A stretch of 64,000 nt of DNA from Alphaproteobacteria bacterium (GCA_018650465.1 JABIFY010000035.1:45526-109525), one strand, 5' to 3'; numbered from the stretch's first letter, positions 1 to 9,995 are shown. The notes: a model not told the origin generated them from the sequence alone. Program-made: numbers and translations.

Positions 1-456
1 CCACAGATGGAAGGGGCCAAAATCATGGTGACGGGCAACCATCTGAACACCCTTATTACCCATCAGATTGGCCATATAGTCCCAGCCGCCGTTTTTACGA
101 AGTTCGGCGTAGGTATATTCGGCCAGACGGAAAACCGGTGCTTCAGGTAACAAGTTGCCAAAATAAGCTTCTGTACAGCCAACCAAATCAAAGGCACCCT
201 TGGACATCTTTTGTGTCAGGGTGAAGGGACTACCAATCGCCGGTGCGCCGCCAACCAATTTGACGGTGACGACACCTTTGCCTGCCGCATTAATCGCCTT
301 CACGACAGCCTCAAATGGACGGCCGGGCGGGCTGCCAATTGGAAAGCAACTGGCTGCGGTCAGCCTTGTTTCGGCAGAAGCTGTCGTAGGGACGGTGTAG
401 GCGGCCCCCACAACAGTGATAGCCGCAGCGGCAAGTGTCAGTGATTTCAAATTCAT
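1..456 (-). CDS. TRAP-type transporter periplasmic solute-binding protein (DctP-like), 5' part; gene runs off the window start
   Basis: Own translation of the minus strand from ATG at 456-454, with SD-like gggagaaacc upstream: MNLKSLTLAAAAITVVGAAYTVPTTASAETRLTAASCFPIGSPPGRPFEAVVKAINAAGKG... A signal peptide is followed by an open frame to base 1. Absent from the ORF track because it is truncated. Family call by eye. Confidence 0.55.
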   Translation of the reverse strand, partial: MNLKSLTLAAAAITVVGAAYTVPTTASAETRLTAASCFPIGSPPGRPFEAVVKAINAAGKGVVTVKLVGGAPAIGSPFTLTQKMSKGAFDLVGCTEAYFGNLLPEAPVFRLAEYTYAELRKNGGWDYMANLMGNKGVQMVARHHDFGPFHLW

Positions 457-646
457 GGTCGGTTTCTCCCTGTTGAGACCAAATAAAAACTAGTTTGTTT
501 GTCGATTATGTCTTGCCCGAATAACTTTATCGTCGGTGCAATTTATTGGTTTTTTCGTTTCCGAACCCATTAGAGCAAAAAATAGGTGGATAGTGCAACA
601 ATATCATTCGGATAAAATAATTATGACCCTATATGGTGAAGATTTA

Positions 647-1246
647 CTATTCTGCCGCTACATCTGGATTGGCAATTGCCAGTCCATTTGACGTAACCGT
701 AAAATAGGTGTCGATGATCTCTTCGATCGAGGTTCCCTTGGAGGGGTCGAACCAGCGAGACAGCCAGTTGCACATGCCCAATATACCATAGGCAACCATT
801 TTTGGGTCAAGCCCGGACTTGAACTCGCCGCGTTCCTGGCCTTCGCGGATCAATTCAGTCCAGTGGTTGCTGTATTCGTCCCAGGTTCCCTGCAATTGGC
901 CCAGCTTGGATGGATCGGCAAAAAAGTGATCTTCACGCAAGGCAATGGACATTTCCAGATAAGTCGGATCGAAGCTGGCCAGATGGTTTTCGAAGGCAGA
1001 GCGCAATTTTTCGGTGCTGTTCATATCCATACGGCGTATATTGCGCATGCCCGTCAGCAGGCTTTTGCTTGAAGGCAGCAGAACTTCCAGTAAAATATCG
1101 TGACGACTTTTAAAGTAGTAATAGATCGCCTCGCGTTTAATGCCGACCGCCGTGGCAATGTGTTCAATCGATGTATTGGCAACACCTTTGTCCGCGAACA
1201 GCTCGGCTGCGCGGCGCAGTATTTCGGTTCGGCGGTTCATTGCCAT
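647..1246 (-). CDS. TetR/AcrR family transcriptional regulator
   Basis: 199-aa ORF. N-terminal HTH: ILRRAAELFADKGVANTSIEHIATAVGIKREAIYYYFKSRHDIL. Divergent from the catabolic cluster. Confidence 0.9.
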   Translation of the reverse strand: MAMNRRTEILRRAAELFADKGVANTSIEHIATAVGIKREAIYYYFKSRHDILLEVLLPSSKSLLTGMRNIRRMDMNSTEKLRSAFENHLASFDPTYLEMSIALREDHFFADPSKLGQLQGTWDEYSNHWTELIREGQERGEFKSGLDPKMVAYGILGMCNWLSRWFDPSKGTSIEEIIDTYFTVTSNGLAIANPDVAAE

Positions 1247-1325
1247 CGACAGGGTTATCCAGTTAAGTCAGGTCATCCAGTTTTGTTGGCAGCACTCTAA
1301 CGAGCCTTCTTACGCGTTGTAAAGA

Positions 1326-1349
1326 AAATTTTACGGTACCGTAAAATTT
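1326..1349. promoter_or_regulatory. Perfect 24-bp palindrome, candidate TetR operator
   Basis: aaattttacggtaccgtaaaattt is its own reverse complement (checked base by base, centre between 1337 and 1338). It lies in the 219-bp divergent intergenic region between the tetR-like gene and the first cluster gene. Confidence 0.5.
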
Positions 1350-1465
1350 ATTGTTTACAGAGCGTCGATTCATGGCTAGCTTTCGATCATTGCAGATTGC
1401 GCAGGTTTGAGACCCGCCTGAATGCGTTTGGAACAGTCATAAAACAGAGAAACCCCTGATATCCC

Positions 1466-3022
1466 ATGGACCTTTCTTGCTGGATCACCCGACACGCTGA
1501 TTTTACACCGGACAAAACCGCCTTGCGGTTTGAAGGTGAAAATATCAGTTATGCCGATTTTTCGTCAACGATTGAGTCGCTGGCTGCGGCCATGTCAGGG
1601 CGTCTGGATGTGAGAAAAGGTGACCGGATTGCTGTTCTCTCCCTGAATTCGCCTCTGACCCTGGCATTGTTATTCGCCTGCGCCCGTTTGGGTGCCATGA
1701 TTTCGCCCTTGAACTGGCGTCTCGCCGGTCCTGAACATAACCGCATGATCGCAGACGCCAGGCCAAAGGCCTTGTTTGTGGGAGCCGAATTTGTCGACGA
1801 CGTGGATGCCGACCGGGATGAGATCGACGTCCCGCATTTTGTTGCGATGGCAGGTGCAACAAATGGGGAAGATGCACAGGATGGCTGGCTTGACCTGCCA
1901 GCTTTGCTTGATCAGTTCAGCGGTAAAACTGTGCCGTCTACCGGCAGCCCGGATGCAGCACTTCTTCTATGTTACACATCCGGCTCTACTGGCGTGCCCA
2001 AGGGTGTTGTGCTGACCCAGAACGCCATGCAGTTCAACGCGATCAACAGCATTCATATGCATGACCTGACATCAAACGATACTGTCTTGACGACGCTGCC
2101 CTTGTTCCACGTTGGCGGCTTGAACATCCAGACCTTGCCAGCACTGCACCTGGGCGCCACAGCCATTTTACAAAAACAGTTTGACCCAGGCGAAACCTTT
2201 GATGATCTTGAATCCGGCAATGTTACCCTGACGGTCCTGGTGCCGGCCCAAATGCAAGCGATGGTCAGCCATCCACGCTGGGCCGCGGCATCTTTTGATG
2301 GCGTGCGCTCAGTAACAACCGGATCAACATTTGTTCCCCACAGCCTGGTCGAACAGTTCCATGCCAAATCACTGCCTGTGCAGCAGATTTATGGATCGAC
2401 CGAAACGGCCCCGATTGCCGTCTACACAACGATCAGTGAAGCCCATAAAAAACCGGGCTCGACCGGCAAGGCGGCTGTTCACTGTGAAATCAAACTGGTC
2501 GATGATCATGGCGTCGGTGTCGCACAAGGCGTATCGGGCGAAATTCTGCTGCGCGGTGCCAATATCATGCGTGAATATTGGCAACAGCCGGAGATCACGC
2601 AAGACGTGCTGGATGAGGATGGCTGGTTCAAAACCGGTGACATTGGGCATTTCGACGAAGAGGGTTATCTTTATGTGGATGACCGCAAAAAGGATATGAT
2701 TATCTCAGGTGGCGAAAACATATATCCGGCAGAGCTGGAAAATGTTCTGGTCAGTTGCGACGCCTTGGTGGAAGCTGCTGTTGTAGGCAAGCCGGACCCG
2801 AAATGGGGCGAAGTTGCTGTTGCCGTTTGTGTTTTGAGCGATGGTTTGAAGATGAATGAACGGGATGTATTGGCGCTGTTTGAAGGCACTTTGGCGCGCT
2901 ACAAACATCCGAAAGATATTGTATTTGTTGACCAATTGCCCCGTAACGCCATGGGCAAGATCGTCAAGGATGACGTCCGGCAAATGGTTGGCGACTTGAT
3001 AAGTAATCTGGAGGCTATTTAA
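1466..3022 (+). CDS. AMP-dependent acyl-CoA synthetase/ligase (ANL superfamily)
   Basis: 518-aa ORF. AMP-binding motif LCYTSGSTGVPKGV, GYLYVDDRKKDMIISGGENIYP, C-terminal PRNAMGKI. Confidence 0.9.
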   Translation: MDLSCWITRHADFTPDKTALRFEGENISYADFSSTIESLAAAMSGRLDVRKGDRIAVLSLNSPLTLALLFACARLGAMISPLNWRLAGPEHNRMIADARPKALFVGAEFVDDVDADRDEIDVPHFVAMAGATNGEDAQDGWLDLPALLDQFSGKTVPSTGSPDAALLLCYTSGSTGVPKGVVLTQNAMQFNAINSIHMHDLTSNDTVLTTLPLFHVGGLNIQTLPALHLGATAILQKQFDPGETFDDLESGNVTLTVLVPAQMQAMVSHPRWAAASFDGVRSVTTGSTFVPHSLVEQFHAKSLPVQQIYGSTETAPIAVYTTISEAHKKPGSTGKAAVHCEIKLVDDHGVGVAQGVSGEILLRGANIMREYWQQPEITQDVLDEDGWFKTGDIGHFDEEGYLYVDDRKKDMIISGGENIYPAELENVLVSCDALVEAAVVGKPDPKWGEVAVAVCVLSDGLKMNERDVLALFEGTLARYKHPKDIVFVDQLPRNAMGKIVKDDVRQMVGDLISNLEAI

Positions 3023-3024
3023 TA

Positions 3025-5142
3025 ATGAAAATCGGCATTGATGTTGGTGGCACATTTACCGACTTTTTTCTGGTCCGCGATGGCGAAGCGCCCCGTATTC
3101 ACAAGGCGCTGTCGACGCCTCAGGATCCATCCATTGCGGTGATCCAGGGCATGACGGAACTGGCAGAAATGCTGGACCCGCCTATGTCACTGGAACAGTT
3201 TGCCAGTGAGCTTGAAACCATTGTGCACGGCACGACAGTGACAACCAACGCAACCCTGACACGCCGCGGTGCCAAAAGTGGCCTGATCACGACAGAAGGT
3301 TTGCGCGACGCCCTGGAAATGCGCCGGGGCATTCGGGAAGAACAATATAACAACCGCTATACCAACGTAAAACCGCTGGTCGAACGCTACTTGCGGGCCG
3401 GTGTTGGTGGGCGTCTTGACCGCAATGGTCGCGAGGTGGAACCGCTTAACCTTGAAGATATCAAGGCGGCCATTGAGTTGTTCAAAGCGGAAGAGGTTAA
3501 AGCCGTATCCATCTGCTTCATGAATGCTTTCGCAAACCCGGCACACGAACAAGCCGCGGCTGAATTAGTACGTGAGCTTATGCCAGAAGCTTACCTCACG
3601 GTTTCGACTGACTTGCTGCCCTCGATCCGGTTCTATGAGCGTCTCAGCACCACAGCCTTGAATTCCTATATCGGCCCTATCCTTGATCACTACCTGAACC
3701 AGTTGGTCGGCCGCTTGTCGGAGATCAGCTTCAACGGTATCTTGCTGATCATGCAATCCAATGGTGGTGTGATGTCACCCCAGGTGGCGCGGGAAAATGC
3801 CGCGCTAACATTGCTGTCCGGACCTGCCGGTGGACCGGGTGCTGGCCACATTTATGCCAAGGCGCACGAGTACAACAACAGCCTGACCGTGGACATGGGC
3901 GGCACAAGTTTTGAAGCCGCGCTGGTTGTCGACAGCCCGATCATGGTCAATGACGGCGTAATTGATCGCCACCGAATTGCTCTGCCCATGCTGGGTATCC
4001 ACACCATCGGTGCGGGTGGTGGCTCCATTGGCTGGATTGATGAGGGCGGTCTTTTGCGCATGGGTCCACAAAGTGCCGGTGCGGCACCCGGGCCGGTCAG
4101 CTATCAAAAGGGCGGTACCCTGCCTGCCTGTACGGATGCCAACCTGGTTCTGGGTTATCTTAACCCCGGCTTCTTTGCCGGCGGCAAGATGTCGCTTGAT
4201 GTTGATGCTGCCCGCGCTGCAATCAAGGAACATATCGGCGACCCCATGGGGCTGACGATTGAAGAAGCCGCCGCTGGCATGTATCGCATCAACTGCAATA
4301 ACATGGCCCAGGGTGTGCGCGAAATCACCATCAAACGCGGTTTCGATCCACGTGAATTCCCCATGATTGTCGCTGGTGGTGCCGGACCGATCCATTCTTG
4401 CCTGATCTGTTCGGAACTGGATATGCCGTTCATGATTGTGCCACGCGAAAGTTCTATTCTATGCGCTGTCGGCATGTTGATGGGCGATATCAAACATGAC
4501 TTTGTTCGCACCTTCGTCTCGCCTCTGGAAGGTGCCGATTGGGACCGGCTGAACGGTTTGATCGACAGCATGATCAGCGAAGGCGACAAGATGCTTGAGG
4601 AAGAGGGTATTCCGGCTGAGCGACGTGAGGCCCATGTTAAATTCGACTGTCGCTATCTCAAGCAATATCACGAAGTATCCTTTGTCGTGCCCCAAGACGC
4701 CCTGAAAGCTGGCGACGCCGCCACCATCGCTCAGGCCTTTCACGCGGAACATAATCGGCTCTACGGCTATTCCCTGGAAGATAACGACGAAGAGGTTCAG
4801 GTCGAAATCATCAATGTTCGGGTTCAGGCTGTGGGCATCACGGAAAAACCGGAAATCGCGACCTCTGCCAAAGCCGGATCCGACCCCTCATCTGCACAAA
4901 AAGGTGGGCGCAGCATGTATATTCCGGAGTACAATGAGTTTCGCGAGACCACGGTCTATGATGGTCACAAGCTGGAACATGGTAACCAACTGACCGGCCC
5001 GGCCATGATTGAACAGATTACCACGGCCATATTTGTTAGCGCCGATTACGACTGTGTCGTCGATAGTTATGGCTCGTTTGTTGTTTACAAAAAAGGTCGT
5101 GAAGATCTTGTATCAAAAACTATTGAGGGAGGCTCGGCATGA
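3025..5142 (+). CDS. Hydantoinase/oxoprolinase family A subunit (HyuA-like, ATP-dependent lactamase/carboxylase family)
   Basis: 705-aa ORF beginning MKIGIDVGGTFTDF (ASKHA-type ATPase signature of HyuA). ggagg SD upstream. 2 nt after the preceding stop. Confidence 0.9.
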   Translation: MKIGIDVGGTFTDFFLVRDGEAPRIHKALSTPQDPSIAVIQGMTELAEMLDPPMSLEQFASELETIVHGTTVTTNATLTRRGAKSGLITTEGLRDALEMRRGIREEQYNNRYTNVKPLVERYLRAGVGGRLDRNGREVEPLNLEDIKAAIELFKAEEVKAVSICFMNAFANPAHEQAAAELVRELMPEAYLTVSTDLLPSIRFYERLSTTALNSYIGPILDHYLNQLVGRLSEISFNGILLIMQSNGGVMSPQVARENAALTLLSGPAGGPGAGHIYAKAHEYNNSLTVDMGGTSFEAALVVDSPIMVNDGVIDRHRIALPMLGIHTIGAGGGSIGWIDEGGLLRMGPQSAGAAPGPVSYQKGGTLPACTDANLVLGYLNPGFFAGGKMSLDVDAARAAIKEHIGDPMGLTIEEAAAGMYRINCNNMAQGVREITIKRGFDPREFPMIVAGGAGPIHSCLICSELDMPFMIVPRESSILCAVGMLMGDIKHDFVRTFVSPLEGADWDRLNGLIDSMISEGDKMLEEEGIPAERREAHVKFDCRYLKQYHEVSFVVPQDALKAGDAATIAQAFHAEHNRLYGYSLEDNDEEVQVEIINVRVQAVGITEKPEIATSAKAGSDPSSAQKGGRSMYIPEYNEFRETTVYDGHKLEHGNQLTGPAMIEQITTAIFVSADYDCVVDSYGSFVVYKKGREDLVSKTIEGGSA

Positions 5143-6815
5143 GCAACATTGATCCCATTTTGCTGTCCGTCTATGCGCGAACTTTCAAATCCATCACAGA
5201 CGAGATGAGCATGTCAGTTGAGAAAACTGCGCGCTCTCCCATCCTTTGTGAAGCCAAGGATTTTGTTACCGGACTGTATGACGCACAAGGCAATATGCTG
5301 GAGCAAACCGAGAACTTGCCGATCCTGGCTTTTTCACTGGCGCCGGTCTGTAAATATATCCTCGAGTTTTTCGAAGGCGACATCAATGAAGGCGACGTGA
5401 TTTTTCACAATGATGTCTTTTCCATGGGCAACCAGAACAATGATGTGGCTGTCTACAAACCCATATTCCTGGACGGCGAACTGGTCGGCTGGTCTGCGGT
5501 CAAGGGCCACCAGGCTGATATTGGCGGCAACGTCCCCGGCGGCTATAACCCGGATGCCACCGAAGTCTGGCAGGAAGCCCTGCGTATTCCGCCGGTGAAA
5601 GTCTACGAAAAGGGAAAGCTTCGCAAGGACGTCTGGGGGCTGATCTTCGCCAATATTCGTTTCGATATGGTGCAGCATGACATGCGGGCGCAAATGGGAG
5701 CCTGCACCGTCGGCGAGCGTCGTCTGCTTGAATTGCTGGGCAAATACGGTATTGAAAGCTTCAACGCGCACAAGCTGGCCTTGTTTGACTCAACCCGTCA
5801 GATGATGGAAAGCGAAATCTTCAAAATCCCCAATGGCCGGTATTCCGGTGAAGGCATGGTCTATTATGATGGCCACCATCTGGGTAGCGAATTTACCATC
5901 CGTGTTGATATCGACGTCTATGACAAGTCCATCAAGTTCGATTATTCACGCACCGACGCCCAGACTGATGGCTTCGTGAACGGCACCTATACCTCCAGTG
6001 CGTCGGCAACCATCCTGACCCTGTTGCAGATGATCAATCCGGATATTCCACACAATGAAGGCATGATCGAGCCGCTGGAAATTATCATTCCAGAAGGCAC
6101 AATTCTTAATGCCTCCTATCCGAAAGCAACGACTTTTGGCAACCATCTGTGTCCGCCAAATGCGGATGCCATTATGCGGGCCCTGGCGCCAGCCATTCCC
6201 GATAATGTCACGGCGGGCTGGAACAACCTGTTCTGTTCACTGACATCAGCCAGGGACGAAGAAAAAGACGACACCTATGTAGATATCTTTTTCATGGGGC
6301 AAAAAGGTGGATCGGGCGGCATGAAGGGCACCGACGGCTATGACCACATCGGCATGATCGATGCCTCCGGTGGCATGGTTGACCAGGACTACGAAATGTT
6401 CGAACAACAAACGCCACATTTGCTTAAAAAACATGAATACACCACGGATTCCGCCGGTGCCGGACAGTGGCGCGGCGGTCTGGGTGTTGAAACTATCTAT
6501 ACCATGGGCTCTGAAGACACACAGTTTGTGACTTTTGGCGACGGCGATTTCGAACCGGCATTCGGGCTGTTCGGCGGCCACGATTCAACTCTTAATTCGA
6601 TCAAGCTGACTTACCCGGACGGCACTGAACTGGTGCCGCTTAACAAGTCGCTGCATAAGGGCGTGCCCAAGGGTACAAGATATCATCAGTTCGCTGGCGG
6701 CGGTGGTGGCTGGGGCAAGCCGGAAAATCGGGACCGGGATGTTCTGAAAGATGAGGTCCGCAATGGCATCATTTCAGAAGAAACCGCCCGCGACGTCTAC
6801 GGCCTGGAAGGCTGA
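5139..6815 (+). CDS. Hydantoinase B/oxoprolinase family subunit (HyuB-like)
   Basis: 558-aa ORF beginning DPILLSVYARTFKSITDEMSMSVEKTARSPILCEAKDF (typical HyuB N-terminus). ATGA overlap with hyuA-like gene. Confidence 0.9.
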   Translation: MSNIDPILLSVYARTFKSITDEMSMSVEKTARSPILCEAKDFVTGLYDAQGNMLEQTENLPILAFSLAPVCKYILEFFEGDINEGDVIFHNDVFSMGNQNNDVAVYKPIFLDGELVGWSAVKGHQADIGGNVPGGYNPDATEVWQEALRIPPVKVYEKGKLRKDVWGLIFANIRFDMVQHDMRAQMGACTVGERRLLELLGKYGIESFNAHKLALFDSTRQMMESEIFKIPNGRYSGEGMVYYDGHHLGSEFTIRVDIDVYDKSIKFDYSRTDAQTDGFVNGTYTSSASATILTLLQMINPDIPHNEGMIEPLEIIIPEGTILNASYPKATTFGNHLCPPNADAIMRALAPAIPDNVTAGWNNLFCSLTSARDEEKDDTYVDIFFMGQKGGSGGMKGTDGYDHIGMIDASGGMVDQDYEMFEQQTPHLLKKHEYTTDSAGAGQWRGGLGVETIYTMGSEDTQFVTFGDGDFEPAFGLFGGHDSTLNSIKLTYPDGTELVPLNKSLHKGVPKGTRYHQFAGGGGGWGKPENRDRDVLKDEVRNGIISEETARDVYGLEG

Positions 6816-6820
6816 TCGAC

Positions 6821-7954
6821 ATGACGTTTGGTTTAACCGAAGAACAGGTCCTCGTCCGGGATACTTTCGCCCGTTATGTGGACGACAAATTACTACCGGC
6901 AGCCGAGGCCATTGATGAAGCTCACGAATACCCGCGGGAATATATCGATCAGTTGGCGGAACTGGGCTTTATCGGTATGCGCTATCCGGAAAATGTTGGC
7001 GGCTCGGATGCCGGATTGCTGACTTTTTGTCTGGCCATTGAACAGGTCGCGCGCGGCTCTATGTCGGTGGCCGGTGCCATCGCCATGCAGGCCCTGATGG
7101 GCACCAAGTTCCTGCATATGCTGGGCAATGATGACATCAAGGAGCGTCTGTTCAAGCCCGCCCTGGAAGGTAAAAAACTGGGCGGTATTTGTATGACCGA
7201 ACCCAATGCCGGCAGTGACCTTGGCGGCATCAGCACCAATGCAACAAAAGTTGACGGCGGATACAAAATTAACGGTGCCAAAACCTGGGTGACCGCTGCA
7301 CCCGTGGCCGATTTTTTCACGGTCTTTGCCAAGGCGGGGGAAGAACAGAAACTGACAATCTTCCTTGTCGAAAAGGACTTTGAAGGCCTGATCATCGGCA
7401 AGCCCATCGAAAAAATGGGTGTGCGTTCATTGCCCACATCAGAAGTTACATTTGACGATTGTTTTGTGCCCGACAGCCACCGCCTCAGCAAGGAAGAAGG
7501 TGATGCGGAAGGGCACTTACGCAAGCTGTTGTCTGAAATCCGCATCATGACGGCTGCCCTGGGACTGGGTGTTGCGCAAGCCGCACTGGATGAATCAATC
7601 AAATATGCCGAGGAACGCAAGCAGTTTGGCCGTTCCATCAATCGTTTTCAGGCCATCCAGATGAAGTTGGCCGAAATGGCGACGGATCTGGAAGCCGCCC
7701 GCCACCTGACCTATTACGCTGCACGTCTGACGGATGAAGACTTACCCAATCGCCAGCAAGCCTCCATGGCCAAAATGTTCGCCACGGAAGCGGCGGCAGA
7801 TATCTGTGACAAGGCCTGTCGCATTTTTGCCAGTTACGGCTTTGCCATGGAATACCCGGTTCAGCGATATCTGCGTGATGTGCGCTTCACGCTGATCGGT
7901 GGCGGCACCAGTGAAATTTTGAAATTAGTGATAGCCAAGGAGCTTTCAGCATGA
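6821..7954 (+). CDS. Acyl-CoA dehydrogenase
   Basis: 377-aa ORF. CMTEPNAGSDLGG, FGRSINRFQAIQ, C-terminal RDVRFTLIGGGTSEI. Gly sits at the MCAD Glu376 position, which suggests an IVD/LCAD-type base placement (alignment from memory). Confidence 0.9.
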   Translation: MTFGLTEEQVLVRDTFARYVDDKLLPAAEAIDEAHEYPREYIDQLAELGFIGMRYPENVGGSDAGLLTFCLAIEQVARGSMSVAGAIAMQALMGTKFLHMLGNDDIKERLFKPALEGKKLGGICMTEPNAGSDLGGISTNATKVDGGYKINGAKTWVTAAPVADFFTVFAKAGEEQKLTIFLVEKDFEGLIIGKPIEKMGVRSLPTSEVTFDDCFVPDSHRLSKEEGDAEGHLRKLLSEIRIMTAALGLGVAQAALDESIKYAEERKQFGRSINRFQAIQMKLAEMATDLEAARHLTYYAARLTDEDLPNRQQASMAKMFATEAAADICDKACRIFASYGFAMEYPVQRYLRDVRFTLIGGGTSEILKLVIAKELSA

Positions 7955-8373
7955 GTGGTGAGGAAAAACGTCCAATAAAGATCTTGATCGGCAAGCCGGG
8001 TCTGGACGGTCACGATGTGGGCGGCAAGGTTGTCGCCCGCGCGTTGATGGATGCAGGATTTGAAGTGATCTATACGGGCCTGCGGAAATCACCTGGCGAG
8101 ATCGCCCAGCGTGCGCTGGATGAAGGCGTCGATGTTATCGGCCTCAGTAGTCTGGCGGGGGCACATATTCCCTTTTCCAAAAAACTGAAAGGCTTGCTCG
8201 ATCAGTACGGCTTGAGTGAAAAGCTCTGGATTATTGGCGGCTGTATTCCGGATCAGGATCATGCGGAACTTAAATCTATTGGCCTCGACGGTATTTTTGC
8301 CGGTGGCACAAAACTCGATGAGATCGTTGATTTCATTAATGCCAATGTAGGCAGCAAGAAGGAAGCATCATGA
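7951..8373 (+). CDS. Cobalamin-binding small subunit of a split acyl-CoA mutase
   Basis: 140-aa ORF. DxHxxG motif (GLDGHDVGGK), SxL (GLSSLAG) and GG (IIGGCIP). 4-nt overlaps on both sides. Confidence 0.9.
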   Translation: MSGEEKRPIKILIGKPGLDGHDVGGKVVARALMDAGFEVIYTGLRKSPGEIAQRALDEGVDVIGLSSLAGAHIPFSKKLKGLLDQYGLSEKLWIIGGCIPDQDHAELKSIGLDGIFAGGTKLDEIVDFINANVGSKKEAS

Positions 8374-9983
8374 TTGAAGTTGCAGAAGACGGCACCAAGA
8401 AGGTTTTCAACGAGAGCGGGATCGAGGTCCAGGAAGTATATACAGCTGCGGACGTGGAAGCATCCGGTGGAATTGAATTCATAGGTGAGCCGGGTCAGTA
8501 TCCTTTCACTCGTGGTATCCATAAGGAAATGTACCGCAAGCGGGCCTGGACCATGCGCCAGTATGCTGGCTTCGGTAATCCGGTCGAAACCAACAAGCGC
8601 TTCAAATATTTGATCGAAAATGGCCAGACGGGCTTGAACGTGGCTTTTGATTTGGCCACACAAACCGGTCTTGATTCAGATGATGTCATGGCAGAGGGCG
8701 AAGTTGGCCGCGTTGGTATGGCGGTCGACAGTTTGCGTGATTTCGAAATTGCCTTCGACGGTATTGATCTGGAGAAAATTACGGTTTCCCTGACCATCAA
8801 TGGCTCGGCGGCAATCCTGATCGCCATGTATTTAGCCATGGCTGAAAAGCGTGGATACGATCTGAAAAATCTGCGCGGTACGGCTCAGAACGATATTCTG
8901 AAAGAGTTTATCGGTCGTGGCACCTGGATTTTTCCGGTTGATCCTTCCGTGAGACTGGTCGGAGATACCATCGAATATTGTGCAGAACATGCACCGAAAT
9001 ACAGCCCGGTCAGTGTCTGTGGTTATCACATTCGGGAATCAGGTTGTAACCCGGCAGAAGAAATGGCCTACGCCTTTTGTATTGCCAAGGCCTACGCTGA
9101 CAATGTAATCGCCCGTGGCATGAAGGTGGACGAATTCGCCAACCGGCTTTCCTACAACTTCAATATCTTTGGCAACTTGTTTGAACAGGTCGCCAAATTC
9201 CGCGCCGGTCGCAGCCTGTGGGCCAAGATCATCAAGGAAGACTACAAAGCTGAAGACCCCAAATCCATGTGGCTGCGCATGATCGCGGGCGGTGGTGGTG
9301 GTGGCCTGACTTTTGAACAAGCCGAAGTCAACATCATGCGCGGTGCGTACTATGCCTTGATCAGTGCCTTGTCTGGCGCCCAGACCATGGCGCTTTGTTC
9401 TTATGACGAGGCCTATACAATTCCGACGGAATATTCGGCGCGTGTATCTTTGCGCACCATGCAGTTGCTGACGGAAGAAATGGGCATGTGCGAAACGGTC
9501 GATCCTTTGGCCGGGTCCTATTATGTGGAAACCATGACCAACCAAATGCGCAAGCGCATGGAAGAAGTCATGGCCGAAGTTGATAAAGAAGGCGGCATCA
9601 TTGAAATGGTCCGCGATGGTCGCATTCAGGCCAAGGTTTCGTCGCAAGCCTACGGCATGACCCGGAACATTGAATCCGGTGCCTTCCCGAAAGTGGGCGT
9701 GAACTGTTATCGCGTCGACAAGGAAGATGAGCACGAGGTTGAATTTCACGAATATTCCGAGGCCGACACCAAATTGCAGACGGACAGTTTAGCCAAGGTG
9801 AAAGCTGAACGAGACGGCGCCGAAGTTGCGCGCTGCCTGGATCAACTTTCTGAAGATGCCAAAGCTGAAATAAATGTCATGCCCGCGATCATGGCGGCCG
9901 TGAAGGCCTATGCCACAGTCGGTGAAATGACCAACGCCCTGACGGCCGTCTATGGCCACTACGAAGAACCCATCCGGTTTTAG
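8370..9983 (+). CDS. Methylmalonyl-CoA mutase family large (substrate-binding TIM barrel) subunit, atypical
   Basis: 537-aa ORF. FTRGIHKEMYRKRAWTMRQYAGFG, GLNVAFDLATQTG, AQNDILKEFIGRGTWIFP, VCGYHIRESG. Collinear with MCM-family large subunits. Confidence 0.85.
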   Translation: MIEVAEDGTKKVFNESGIEVQEVYTAADVEASGGIEFIGEPGQYPFTRGIHKEMYRKRAWTMRQYAGFGNPVETNKRFKYLIENGQTGLNVAFDLATQTGLDSDDVMAEGEVGRVGMAVDSLRDFEIAFDGIDLEKITVSLTINGSAAILIAMYLAMAEKRGYDLKNLRGTAQNDILKEFIGRGTWIFPVDPSVRLVGDTIEYCAEHAPKYSPVSVCGYHIRESGCNPAEEMAYAFCIAKAYADNVIARGMKVDEFANRLSYNFNIFGNLFEQVAKFRAGRSLWAKIIKEDYKAEDPKSMWLRMIAGGGGGGLTFEQAEVNIMRGAYYALISALSGAQTMALCSYDEAYTIPTEYSARVSLRTMQLLTEEMGMCETVDPLAGSYYVETMTNQMRKRMEEVMAEVDKEGGIIEMVRDGRIQAKVSSQAYGMTRNIESGAFPKVGVNCYRVDKEDEHEVEFHEYSEADTKLQTDSLAKVKAERDGAEVARCLDQLSEDAKAEINVMPAIMAAVKAYATVGEMTNALTAVYGHYEEPIRF

Positions 9984-9995
9984 GACAAACAAGTT

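Noticed and set aside
3025-6815. Possible acetone or acetophenone carboxylase.
   Set aside because: No small gamma subunit gene is present, and the HyuB-like protein is 558 aa rather than the ~770 aa of the acetone carboxylase alpha subunit. The sizes fit N-methylhydantoinase, oxoprolinase or caprolactamase-type enzymes better. Substrate is left open.
9039-9749. Long antisense ORF (236 aa) inside the mutase large-subunit gene. Similar shadow ORFs occur at 18047-18877, 23210-23986, 24853-25578, 44201-44893, 50390-51436, 58232-59092 and 62742-63230.
   Set aside because: Each lies opposite a gene with clear family motifs. The products are low-complexity (Arg/Gly/His-rich), with no SD or recognisable domains. 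This is the typical shadow-ORF artefact of GC-rich DNA.
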